Assembly (NCBI RefSeq): GCF_001194135.2
Contig: NC_068985.1
Coordinates: 1,358,609 to 1,422,608, forward strand
Reading direction: 5' to 3'
DNA from: Octopus bimaculoides
Lineage: Eukaryota
DNA: 64,000 bases
Position numbers and translations under genes: made by a program. The notes beneath the pieces were generated by a model. It had not been told where the DNA came from and did no database searches. It was given only the letters and a program-made list of their open reading frames with translations. Below, piece by piece: positions 13,630-25,890 of this stretch (positions within the stretch are counted from its first letter, which is position 1; the number at the start of each line of letters is the position of its first letter).

Positions 13630-13699
13630 TATTGCAGCACCAAATAAAGTGCAGTGAAGCAGACTGACAGACACAGACAGACTGACTGGCAGACAAACT

Positions 13700-13734
<35 letters not shown>

Positions 13735-14092
13735 TGGCAAACAGACACACAGGTATCTTAAGCTTCATCTCAAGAAAGGCTACTTTTCTGATTGGCATGC
13801 AATTGCTCACTAACACACTACAACTTCCATCCTGTAGAGGTGCTGTCTTCTCTCTCAGCCACTTTTGCTATAATTACCCCTGACCATTACTCCTTAGAGT
13901 TAACTTGTCTAATGCCACATCCATTCAAGCACTCCTGATTCATTTGTCACCGCCTCATTACCAATATTGCATCTCCCACCACAACCAGTCAAGCTCCAAG
14001 TTAATTACTCCACTTGGACGTGTTTCATAGTGTAACAACCTACACACATCTTTCCTGCAGCTGTGGACCTACAAATGTAGAAACAAGTTGTG

Positions 14093-14587
14093 CCGTTTTA
14101 TATGCTGGCATGGGTTGGACGGTTGGGCTGAGGTCTGGAAAGCCAGAAAGCTGCACCAGGCTCCAATCTGATCCGGCAAGGTTTCTACAGCTGGATGCCC
14201 TTCCTAATGCCAACCACTCTAAGAGTGTAGTGGGTGCTTTTTATGTGCCACCGGCACAGGGGCCAGTCAGGCAGGCCTGGCATCGATCATGTTCAGATAG
14301 TGACTTTTATGTGCCACCGGCTGGGAGCCAGTCAGGTGGGTCTGGCATCGATCACGTTCAGATGGTGTTTTCTATGTGCCACCAGCATAGGAGCCAGTTA
14401 GTGGGTACTGGCATTGGTCACATTCAGATGGTGCTTTTTATATGCTTCCAGCTGGGGAGCCAGTCAGGCAGCACTGCATCGGCCATGTTCAGATGATGCT
14501 TTTTACGTGCCACCAAAATGGGGAGCCAGTCAGGGAGCACTGGCTTCGTTCGGCCACATTCGGATGATGCTTTTTACGTGCCATTCA
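14093..14587 (-). mobile_element. RTE-tail repeat carrying about 5.5 internal ~64-bp tandem units
   Basis: GGATGCCCTTCCTAATGCC terminus, then repeated TTTTATGTGCCACC...GCCAGTCAGG...TTCAGATGGTG units. Confidence 0.8.
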
Positions 14588-14852
14588 AACTTAATATTTT
14601 TTCTCAAACATTTTTAGTTATTTGTTCCAGATACCCGAAACAGTTCGGTCAAAGCAATTTCTTGGAAGCCAGTTTTTTTCCCTTCTTAGAAGTCATCAGG
14701 TTAATAAGATTACTAAGTAGAACAGATAATCAGATAATTCAGTAGCACAGACGGATGACTTCATCGATGATGTCACCATAGACCATGGGAGTGTTCCATG
14801 TATCTCTGTCTTCTATGAGATCATGTGTGACAGGTGCTTGACAATGTTCCTC

Positions 14853-15027
14853 TTCCTTGTCACCATCACCATCATCATCATCATCATCACCACTGTCACA
14901 GCCACCACCGCCACCACCACTGTCGTTGTCGTTGTCATCGTCATTGTTTTCATCATGACCATCACCATCATCGTCATCATCACCACTGCTATCGTCGTCG
15001 TTGTTATCGTCATCATCATCATCATCT
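14853..15027. repeat. Mixed CAT/CAC/GTC triplet microsatellite
   Basis: Direct reading; creates the D/G-rich and H-rich ORFs. Confidence 0.9.
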
Positions 15028-15354
15028 TCAGTAAAATCAGTTGTTCTTCCACATGCCTTGCATTCCTGTATTTCCTGAAACAGCCTCACAAGTGGGTTTT
15101 AAGGTTATTTGTCCTTAAAGAATGCACAAGGAACAAGCAAGAAGTTTACTCTCTGGAATAACGACTTGATGCATGACATATTTATCACGTTCCTACATCC
15201 ATATTCTTTACTTTGGCACAATTGTTCTATGAGCGACTCTCTATGGTTATGAGAGTGTAAGACATAAATTAAGTATCCGTTTACTTAATATTCTGAATTG
15301 TAAGGCTGTTGGCAAGAAATCATTCAAATGATTCCCATCATCATCATCGTCATC

Positions 15355-15385
<31 letters not shown>

Positions 15386-16099
15386 CCAGTGTTAATGATT
15401 GTACTAGAGTTTTTGTTGGAAATAGTATTGTTGTAGCGGTGATAGTTACCGTTACAATAGCAATAGCTACAGTTGTAGTCATGTGATGTTTTTGTATTTT
15501 TATTTTTATGAACGTGTGTGTGTGTGTGTGTGTGTGTGTAAGGAGGAGGTGGTGATGGCTTCCCTTTCAGGCAATTTATATTCTTTGAAATCAAAGTGAA
15601 AATACAATATTGTCTTTTAAAAGAGATTCAGCTCAGTTGAATGTACATAAATTACTTGGAAATTCTGAAAGCTATGTATCTCTTCGAAGATTCACTATAA
15701 GTTTCCAACTGATTTTAACTGGCTACAGTGAAATACATTTCATTTATCTTATTCACATATCATTCTAATGGATTCTCACCACATACTATTCTATCTTCGA
15801 GAATAGAAAATTACATGTCTACATTCTTCACTTTATATATTTTGTTGTTGATTCTTTCCCCAAAATATTTAAAATATTCCCACCCAATACTCTTATAATT
15901 GTATTCCAAAGAGAATTCAAAAATAATATAAATAAAAACAAATTGTTACCAAGTACAAATTTCTGGTAAGTACCTTGTAAACCATTTCTAAAGTTTTGGA
16001 TCAGTTTTTACTTTTTATATTGCTTGATCCTGCTCAAGACAATAGACCAAAAACAGACGATGTTAAATAGAGCGACATGTCCTGAATATATGGAATAAG

Positions 16100-16270
16100 C
16101 ATAGCTCTGTGGTTAGAAGTTTGGTTCCCGGCCACATGATTCTTGGTTCAGTCACACTGCATGGCACCTTGGGTAAAGTATCTTCTAGATGTGTTTGACT
16201 AAAATTTTTCAAGGCAGTATGGCCACAGTCTAATGACCAAAACATGTAAAAGATAAATGATAAAAGATAC
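16100..16270 (+). mobile_element. Internally deleted CORE-like SINE
   Basis: Head and CACCTTGGGTAAAGTATCTTCTA core joined directly to the tail seen at the 8090 copy. Confidence 0.65.
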
Positions 16271-16459
16271 AATAGATACGGCATGCAGTGATAATCCAAT
16301 AATCCATTTAAGGTTATGTGGTATTAACATTTTAAACTAGGAGCAAAATAACAGAAAGCCTTATTGTTGTGGATTCCTGCTTCATAAGTCTTACATTCAA
16401 GTCCAATACGAATTGTATTGATTCTATATCGATATAGATATCAGATAAAAGCAATAGAT

Positions 16460-17470
16460 CATCCTCATCGATTAACGTCCAATTTCCATGCTGGCATGGG
16501 TTGGATGGATCGACTGGCGTCTGGGAGGCCAGGAGGCTGCACCAGGCTCCAGTCTGATCTGGAGGTGTTTCTACAGCTGGATGCCCTTCCTAACACCAAC
16601 CACTCCATGAGTGTAGTTGGTGCCTTTTACGTGCCACTGGCACAGGGGCCAGAGTAGGCAGGCAATGACCATGATCGGATGGTGCATTTTACATGCCACT
16701 GGCATGGGGATCACAACTACAATTTCCATTTGATTTTCATTTTGATGTTGATGTACTTGACTCAATGTGGAGGTGCAATGGCCAAGTGGTTAGGGCAGCA
16801 GAATCAGGGTTGTAAGATCGTGGTTTCGATTCTCAGACTGGGCATTGTGAGTGTTTATTGAGCGAAAACACCTAAAGCTCCACAAGGTTCCAGCAGGGAG
16901 TGGTGGCGAACCCTTCTGTACTCTTTCACCACAACTTTCTCTCTCTTTCTTCCTGTTTCTGTTGTTCCTGTAATTTCAAAGGGCCAGCCTTGTCACACTC
17001 TGTGTCACGCTGAATCTCCCCAAAAACAACGTTAAAAGTACACATGTCTGTGGAGTGTTCAGCCATTTGCACGTTAATTCCATGAGCAGGCTGTTCCATT
17101 GATCGGATCAATTGGAACCCTCGATGTTGTAACTGACGGAGTGCCAACCACTTAACTCAATAGATCTCCTCAAGCACAGCATGTTGCCCTACAATCCAAG
17201 GTACTTTTGAATGGGCTGGGGCTGGTTATGCGAAACTGGTGTAGGATACAGCCATGAACTCACTTTATTTGCCGGGTCTTCTCAATCACAGCATATCTCC
17301 AGAGGTCTCGTTATTTCGGCCCAACATTCAAAGGTCATGTTTCACCACCTCATTTCATGTCTTCCTGGGTCTACCTCTACTCCGGATTCCTTCAACTGTT
17401 GGGGTGTGGCACTTCTTCATACAGCTCTCCCCATCGATCTGTAGTACATGACCATACTAACGCAAAGGTC
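16460..17470 (-). mobile_element. RTE LINE 3' end interrupted by a SINE
   Basis: RGRPRKT*NEVVKHDL at about 17340-17385, UTR continuing across the insertion to the ATGATC tail at about 16460. Confidence 0.8.
16767..17149 (+). mobile_element. Full-length tRNA-headed SINE with 12-bp target-site duplication
   Basis: TSD ACTTGACTCAAT (16755-16766) / ACTTAACTCAAT (17150-17161); A box TGGCCAAGTGG, B box GGTTTCGATTC. Confidence 0.85.
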
Positions 17471-17504
17471 TCTCCTGCATGCCACATCCGATGCTTCTTA
17501 TGTC

Positions 17505-17560
17505 CAACATCTTGTGGAATATTATCGTGATGCAAGGTCCAATTGCCACATTTTTTAAGA
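17505..17560 (-). mobile_element. Mariner transposase relic (second catalytic motif)
   Basis: KKCGNWTLHHDNIP, matching WxLHHDNAP. Confidence 0.55.
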
Positions 17561-17719
17561 CTAATGGAATGTTTTGTGGTCACGCTATTATTTTCACAGC
17601 AATGCTGTATGTAAAAATCTAGTTCAACTGCTGAAAATTTGACAAAGCTGGTCAAATGTAACAAAATGCACTTTTGTGAAACTTCACCTACTTTTTACTA
17701 TCATGTTTAAATATTGGTT

Positions 17720-17927
17720 TCAAATTTTTGCACAAGGCCAGCAATTTTGAGGGAGGGGTACATCGATTACATCAGCCCCAGTGTGCAACTGGTACTTATT
17801 TTATCAAGCCTGAAAGGGTGAAAGGCAAAGTTGAACTTGGTGGAATTTGAACTCAGAACATAACAGCAGACAAAATGCCACTTAGCATTTTGCCTGGCAT
17901 GCCAAAGTTTTTGCCAGCTTACCACCT
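17720..17927 (-). mobile_element. Meta-like SINE, tail type B
   Basis: CACAAGGCC tail, GAAAGGCAAAGTTGAAC core, tRNA head. Confidence 0.8.
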
Positions 17928-18559
17928 GGTCTTGCTTAAATATCGTTTTTCAAAAGTATGTATCGAACACTCACTTTATTCATCTGAAAACCTCAGCTTT
18001 CCTAGATTACAACATGTAGATATTTAACTGCATAACCAAGTACCCCAATAACTATGGTCATAAATCTAAATTATTATCTGGGTGGAGCAGCTCTAGGTTT
18101 TGAAGATGTAGTTCTTAAATATTCTCCTTACCATTGATTTTGAATAAAATATCCATATCTCCAGGGTAAATGACCTCCTAAACTAATTCATCCGTCTTTT
18201 CCTTCCCAAAGCAACGATATCAGACCTGTTATGTTTACACTTGGTGGAAGTTTAGATAGGAATGTTCTACCAATATTGCTTGTGTTGATAATTTTATATG
18301 AATTCAATAACTGAAATATTTTCTATATATTTTCAAGCAGCCTTTTCTACTGATGACAATGTTATATATTGTTTTAGCAACAACATGGTACCACATTGGA
18401 AGGTGGTCTGTAAATGACACTTTTGAACGGCTGCTGATCACCTGTCAAATATTTGCCTCACGACTCTCACCTAATCAATATTTCTGGTCTCATCTTGGGA
18501 ATTAAAGTGCTTCTCTCTTTCTTTTATTTGTTATGTATTTTCTCACTATCTCCTGCTAA

Positions 18560-18650
18560 CCTTCAAAATGTGATGCAGGATCACAAGTCCAAGAGAAACC
18601 GCACTGCCTGTCGATAAAGCATCACAGGCAGACGTTAAACGATGATGATG
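18560..18650 (+). mobile_element. Short repeat ending in the RTE-type GACGTTAAACGATGATGAT terminus
   Basis: Terminal motif only; the upstream part differs from other copies. Confidence 0.4.
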
Positions 18651-19184
18651 ATACCCAGGCATAAACGGTTTTATTTTAATTATTATTTTTGGTCTGCAGA
18701 GTGTTTCTCTTCCAGAACTTTGTTGAAGAATGATGGCCAAACAATCCTGGAGTTACATCGCATAATATCCAGGAATGAACTCATATTGAAGAGTAGTTTG
18801 CTCTTCGTCCGTAGCATGTTATTCTCTTCACTTTTGAAGACTTGGTTTGTGTATTTGATGCACCAGCGTCTGCATGGATATCTAAATACTTATATACAAG
18901 TCGTGTTCTACAAGTTTTGAAATGTCTTTGAAGTGAGGCAGTTATAACTACCCTAAGTTACTATAATTTTAGTATATTGTTATTATACATCAAATAAGCT
19001 GACCTGCCAATGTGAAATATGTGAAAGAATCTTTCTCTTTTGTTGATTTCAAGAGCCATATGAACAAGCTCGGACATCCTGCTGAGCTGGGGATGTTCTA
19101 GTCTTTCTCACACAAAAAGGACCAGTTGTACAACACCCAGAACAACAGGTGGCTGGTTTATAATCCATTCGATGTCCCACCTAT

Positions 19185-19505
19185 CATGGAAACCAAGTTC
19201 TCCTAAACTGTGATGGTCTTGGTGTGTGTTTCCAGTGAGAGTGATGCCATGCCACCCCACATCTTTGAACAAGGCATTAGGCTTAATTCAGACAGCTTTG
19301 TGAAGCTGTTGGATTCTGTGGTGAAACCCAAGCTGGAGGGTATTGACACTTGAAGGCCATGTGTGGAAGCAGGATTCAGCTCCTTGCCATGCCTCTGCAA
19401 AAATTCAGAAGTAATTGTCAGAGAATTTCTAGGGCTTCACTTACTGCAATTTCCGACCTCCTAATTCCTCTGATAACAATGCCATAGATTTTTATGAGTG
19501 GGGTA
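19185..19505 (+). mobile_element. maT/DD37D-type transposase relic
   Basis: ETKFS*TVMVLVCVSSESDAMPPHIFEQGIRLNSDSFVKLLDSVVKP, WKQDSAPCHAS, and a PPNS...DFYEWG-like end. Confidence 0.8.
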
Positions 19506-19678
19506 AGAGATTAGTGTTAGAAGGGCCAACCAGACAAAAACCATGCCCCTATAGAGATAAGACGCTGAATGTTGATGAGGATCAACACCATTCATATTAC
19601 TGAGGCATTGTTGTATTGTATATGCATATGTGTACACACATGCACACACACACACATACATACATACATACATACATA

Positions 19679-19727
<49 letters not shown>

Positions 19728-20807
19728 NNNNNNNNNNNNNNNNNNNNNNNNNNNNNNNNNNNNNNNNNNNNNNNNNNGATGCCTCTGATGGGAATGCAAT
19801 ATTATTTGAAAATTGATTAAGTTTTTTCCAATCTATGGAGAAACTGTTTAATTAAACCAGTTTATAAAGGTATCATTTAGGTTTTATATTCATTTCTCAG
19901 AACCTGAGTTGACTTCCTATGTTGGAATTGAAAATTAAACTAGGAATAAAATGGAAAACATCAATAATTATAAAAACAAGGGCACCCAGAGAGGGCAAAC
20001 CTCCACCAAGGCAACACCAACGTCCTCTCAATGATTAGATGGACATGATTTTTTCACGGTGGTGCACCAGCATGACCGCAGCCACTTGGCTGAAACACAT
20101 AAATAAATAAATAAATAAATAAATAAATATGAAATATGGGGCACATTGCTGTTCTCAAGAAGACCCGCCCATCACAACAGAATTGATATCTTAAAAGCAA
20201 AGTACTACATAAAAAGCATTGGTGTGGGTGATAATGATGGTGCCATGTAAAAATCATTGAGTAAACTCTGTGAAGTGGCTGGCGTTAGGAAGGGTATACA
20301 CTTGTTGAAACCAACTGTGTAGTATGTAAGATTAACTCCAGTATGAAGTGTAAAACTAGGAACATAGTCTACAGCATAAGGTGCATTGAAGGAGTTGCAA
20401 GGACAGAAACACAGCATAGATTGGGGAGCGGGACCCAACTTTTCGTCCGATGTCACTTTGTCCACGTCTTTTAGCCCAACGTCTTTTCGTCTGATGATTT
20501 TTTGTCCAATTTTAAATTGATGCTTTAGAAAACAAGGTGAACATCTAAATCAAATAATCATTGAGAATTTTATTGATAAGATTCAAGTAAAATACTGTGG
20601 AAAAATGCATTTAAAAAAAAGTCATTTTAAAAAGTAATAAGATATAATTAATGATTTATTATGATCACTTAAAATCAATGCAAATCATATGCCACACTCT
20701 TCAAAAAATCAAATTTTCTTCTTGACCTATATTCAATGACCAGTCTTTTGGATCTGTGGAATTTAGTCTCTTACTAATATTCCAGACTGGTGACAAAACA
20801 GTGAGAT

Positions 20808-21002
20808 GCTGGCTGAGTTGTTACCATGCAAGCAAATGGCTCAGTGGCATTTCACCCATCTTTATGTTCTGAGTTTAAATTCCACCATGGTCCTTTGCAC
20901 CCTATTGGGGAAAACAAAATAAGTACCAGTTGCATAATGAGGGTTGATGCAATTGACTTAATCCTACCCTCCTGAAATTGCTGACCTCATACCCAAATTT
21001 GA
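20808..21002 (+). mobile_element. Meta-like SINE, diverged
   Basis: TTCTGAGTTTAAATTCC B box, AAAATAAGTACCAG, tail B-like end. Confidence 0.7.
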
Positions 21003-21102
21003 AATATTACAGACTGGATTTTTCTGTGTCGCTTGTCTAGACACTTGAGTGCCAGTCCAAAGCACTCTTACATTTATCAATTCATCAACCATATTTGCTG
21101 AT

Positions 21103-21222
21103 CGGCACCTGTGCCAGTGGAGCACTAACAGCACTTTCCGAGCGTGATCATTGCCAGAGCAGCTGTCTGGCTTCTGTGCTGGTGGCATGTAAATAGCACC
21201 ATTTGAGCATGATCATTACCAA
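21103..21222 (+). repeat. Orphan pair of RTE-tail internal repeat units
   Basis: GCACCTGTGCCAGTGGAGCACTAACAGCAC...GGTGGCATGTAAATAGCACCATTTGAG, homologous to 61415-61530. Confidence 0.65.
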
Positions 21223-22123
21223 ACGATTGACCTAGGTGTACGTATGTATTCTGCATATATTTCAAAGGCTAATCAATCTTGTACTGTTTTTTGTAAAGCT
21301 CTGTATTCCGTTCACTGCATTCAGCTGCATTAGGATTGTGCCATATGAGTATATTTTTGATATTTACTTGTGTATGTATTTATATTTAATATATGTTGTG
21401 TGTGGTATGTGAGCTTGCATATGTGAGTGTCCACCACTACAAAGAAAATAGGAATATCCTGTTGGCAATGATGACTACGATTGGATAATAATGAGAAAGA
21501 AAACAATAGCTGTGAATTATGGGGAGAAACAATGAAATAAAAAGCAGGGCACAATGAATCTTATAAATTACTAATGGCTGTAAGGTTGGTGTGAACGAAA
21601 CTTTGAACTGTAAGATTGAGAGTGAAAAAGAATAAATGAGAGAAAGAGAAGTAAATGAGAGAACGAAGGGTTACAGGAGAGACATTGAAGCTGGAAGAAA
21701 AAGAAATTGTGGATTTAATATTGGTTTATTGAGTGTTTATTCATGGCAAGTGTTTCCATGCGTTCGATTAGATTGTAAACTCCAGTTGCTTGAATTTAGT
21801 TATATTTACAGCATTGAGATTCCATGTCATGTGTAGATTACTATAAAGTGTAACTAAAACTAATGTACTTGTGACTTGGACAGAGGTCTTGGAGATGTGT
21901 GTCCTGCACCTGGTAAAGCTTGGCATAACTTTGGAAAAGAAGTCATAAACACAAACCATAAAACAAATAAGTCTGTAGTTATTGAAAATTTTCGAGAGTA
22001 TTATCAATATAATGTCGTGTGTGTGTGTGTGTGTGTGTTTGTGTATGTGTGTGCATGTGCATATTTATAAGTATGTATATTTTATATGTGTGTGCGTGTG
22101 TATAGATATATTTTATGTGTGTA

Positions 22124-22178
<55 letters not shown>

Positions 22179-22237
22179 NNNNNNNNNNATATTACAGTAA
22201 GAAACATTCTATGTTGTTATACATTAGCCTTTCACTG

Positions 22238-22290
<53 letters not shown>

Positions 22291-25249
22291 AGGGAGAGGA
22301 AGCGGTGAGAATATATAGAAAATGGTGAAAATAATCTAAAGGCTAAAGATTGGTTTCCAAATTCTTTCATCTAATGCAAGGAATGGTTTGATTCAGCTGA
22401 GCAAAAATATTGAATGAAATAATCCAGTGGTTCTTTAAATATATGCTAATAGTGATATTGTTAAAATTCTGTCTCGGTTCATATAGTGTCCCCACCCCCC
22501 AATAAAGTGAATATTACATGTTAGTGGAATCTCTTGTAATGTTTACTGAAAATGAAGATTTAGTATGAAAGCACTAATGACAACATAGTCATGATGTCAG
22601 AATTGAGAGCAAGAGATACAATGTCTGTAATAAACTAAAAAATATCAAAGGCCACCGTGAACAACTGCTGCGCTGAGTTTATGGTAAAGGCATTTTTCTA
22701 GTAACAAAAATGGAAAATAAAATTTTTACATGAATTGTATAATTAACAAGAATATAAGTGTAGATTCTTGAAGTGGAGATATCACTAAGCAGCAAGAATG
22801 AGAAGCAAAATGACAAACAGCCATATAAATTTGAAAATACTGACATTCAATGGAAATATTTAAAAATTTTATGATACTGGTTTTGCTTTGATTGGACGTT
22901 TTTAATGTTTTCTAAATTTCCTTGATGAGGCTGTGCTGTATGTGTGCACCTTGGGATCAGACATCAAAGCTAGAGAAGGAGATTAGAATATGAATATGGA
23001 TGGGATAATACAAGAGACAGTAGGCTGGAGATTATATTACTGCTATTGAGCAATAGTAATTGCTGCCAAAGCTGGATGTTATAAGTGTTCAACAACAGTA
23101 AACATTGCTATTGAATGTTGAGACTCGAGAGGAGATAAATGACACCAGAAATGGCAAACCAAGTGACTGGAAAGTAGGATGAATGTAGAAACATGAACAC
23201 AGTGAATTCAATGGATTTTGTATCTAGAATGTCATCCTTAACTTATAGAGAGTGTTTAAAAGAGTTGATAGACTGAGAGCAGACCTTGAAGAAAGAGAGT
23301 GAGTTACTGAGAAGTTCAGGAATTGCGACAAAAAGACTTTGACTAACAAACAACCAATTGATTGTTTAACCAACACATTAAACAAATGATTGATAAGTTG
23401 GTTAGATATTTAACCAATTGACTAACAGTAAAGAAGTGATATAGAACCTGTGCATCTGTCATTATTATTGGTGTGATGACCGTCCCAAGGTACAACAAAA
23501 CTTAGCTTACCAAGTAAAAGGTGTTTAGAAATAATGTGAAGCTCAATCTTAATCCATTAATCTGTCAAGATCAACTTGGTTAGTCTTATATCTAATTTCA
23601 GTTTCTATATATTTTTATATAATCAATGAAGTACCCAAATGAAAAATTTAGGTTTATTACAAATTTGATCCAGTGCAAAGGTAAGTAGTTTAATCATTGC
23701 CAAAAGTGAAAGTGGTTGAAATGGCTGGGAGCGCAACACATATCATGTGAATTTATTTGTTCTTCTGCAGCATAACAATAAGTATAATTCCTGAGAATGC
23801 TGAAGGGAGATAAAATGATACATGGTCTAAATTCTTTAGAATTTAAATAAAATCTACTAGAAATACTAGAATCATTGCCTTCAAGTGATATCTTGACTGA
23901 GTTCAAAATAAATAGGTTTCAAAAGTCAGAATGAAAAGATTTCAAACTTGACATACACTTAGACGCCAGCTCTGCATGCATTCTTAGAGAAAATGCATAA
24001 AGAAAATCCAAATGCATTGCAAGGTTTCTGCAAAAGATACTGCACTATGGCTGAATAAAAGATCAGATAATCTTGTGTCTTTGGATCATGATTAAGAAAG
24101 AGAGGCTGTTGTAATTGTTCACCATTTTTAACAGCAGGAATGATCAGAGGAAAATAAGTATTTGAAAATGACAACAATGTCTGATTGTAAGGAATATTTA
24201 TGTGGCTCCATGTTCTAAGTAGAAAAGTGACTTGTTAGATTTCTATACTTGGCAGCAAAGATATGTCAGATTCTTTACCTGGTTTTAGTGTTAAAGCAGT
24301 AAACTAGGAATCTGCAAACCCAGACTTTGTTGAAATCCAAGATGTCGTATCACGTTTTTTTCTTAACTTTATTTGGAATAATTGAAATCACATCTTCAGG
24401 AATTTGTAGACTTTCCTAAATAATCACGGACAGAACTAATTGGTCATTTCAACAAAGTGTTTTGTGATATTTAATTATTTCCATTTCAAATGCTACCAAA
24501 GTTACTTTTGCTTTCCATTCTTTTAGGGTTAATAAAATAAGTGAAGGAGTGGAATCACTTTAATCCACAATATTCTTTATTATGGAATTAACCTGTCTAA
24601 GAAATCATTGCTAACTTGGCTGTACTCTATAAAATAGAAACTCAGTGTTTGGAACGACTGAGATATTTTATTTTAACTGAAAGCAATGCTACATACATAC
24701 ATGCATATACATGTTTGTGTGTGCGTGCGTGCGTGCGTGCGTGCGTGCGTGTGTGTGTGTGTGTGTGGGTGGGTGGGTCACTGACTTTTACTTGGTTCAA
24801 GATATTATCATACAACATCAAATATGGACAATAGAACAGGATCTCATTGAAAAGGAGAGTCTCTTAAATGTTACAGACTTATTTTCCCCAACAGAAGAAT
24901 AAGAATTTTAATTTTTTAAGAAGCCATACACAATTCTTTATTGAATATAATTTCTTATGTTTCCTGAAATATTATGCTAGCAAAAGTTTAGCAGCCAAAT
25001 AAATTTCTTATAATTAATTTTCTTTTTTCAGAAATGTTTTAGGGATATTTACGTGTTTGTCATTCTGAAAAATTGCATATGACTTGTGGCAGGAAATGTT
25101 TTATACATAATGCCAAAGAATTTGGTACATTGTCATTATAGACGGTATAAATACAATGATCAATGAATTAGTTTACAAGTTGGGAGAACAAAAACGATTT
25201 CAACAGCAGCAACAACAACACCATCAATCACTTACCATTTTAAGAACTC

Positions 25250-25450
25250 AAAATATCAGACACAAGGCTACTACAAATACATAGAATTGGTTCTATCAAT
25301 GCATGCACTTCATTCGTACTTCAATTTTACAACGTCTGGAACATTAAAAACTAACATCAACTTTGACAGGAATTTGATCTCAGAACACGAATAGTCATAC
25401 TTAAATACCACAAGACACTAAATATGATAGTCTACCAATTCTGCTCTACC
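25250..25450 (-). mobile_element. Old degenerate Meta-like SINE
   Basis: CACAAGGC...GGAATTTGATCTCAGAAC...AATTCTGC order preserved. Confidence 0.45.
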
Positions 25451-25890
25451 TTCATTTAAATTACAATAATGATGTAAGGATTCTTCTAAAGTCTTCTGAC
25501 ATTTTTTGCCAATTTCTTTGACGTTGCTAAAAAGATGTACTCATCTAAGAACTTCTAGTAAATTGTTTTAATTTTTGTTTTTGTCTAAATAAAGGATTTC
25601 GTCCAATATTGAACAATAAAACATTTACAGAAAAGAATGTTACTCTCCGTTTTTTTTTTACTTATTCTCTTATATATATATATATATAATCAATAAAAGG
25701 AAAGACAAGAAAAAACAAGAACGCAAGGACATGGTACATGGAAAGTATAAATAAGACGCTCAGGCAAAGAAAGAAAGGGTGTTTTACATTTCAAGCAAAG
25801 CTCTTCTTCAGAAACAGGAGAAGGAGAGTGGAAGTAGAACAAAAGATATACATACACATATATACATACACACACACACACACGCACGCG

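Noticed and set aside
14236-14587. CRISPR-like repeat-spacer look (also 61410-61680)
   Set aside because: The 'spacers' are homologous to each other, the array lies in a retroelement UTR, and there are no cas genes.
14739-15089. Acidic D/G-rich ORF with a CxxC
   Set aside because: The acidic core is a triplet microsatellite and the flanks give no recognisable domain. A frameshifted CSLC...RTNNLKTHL zinc-finger-like trace nearby is too weak to call.
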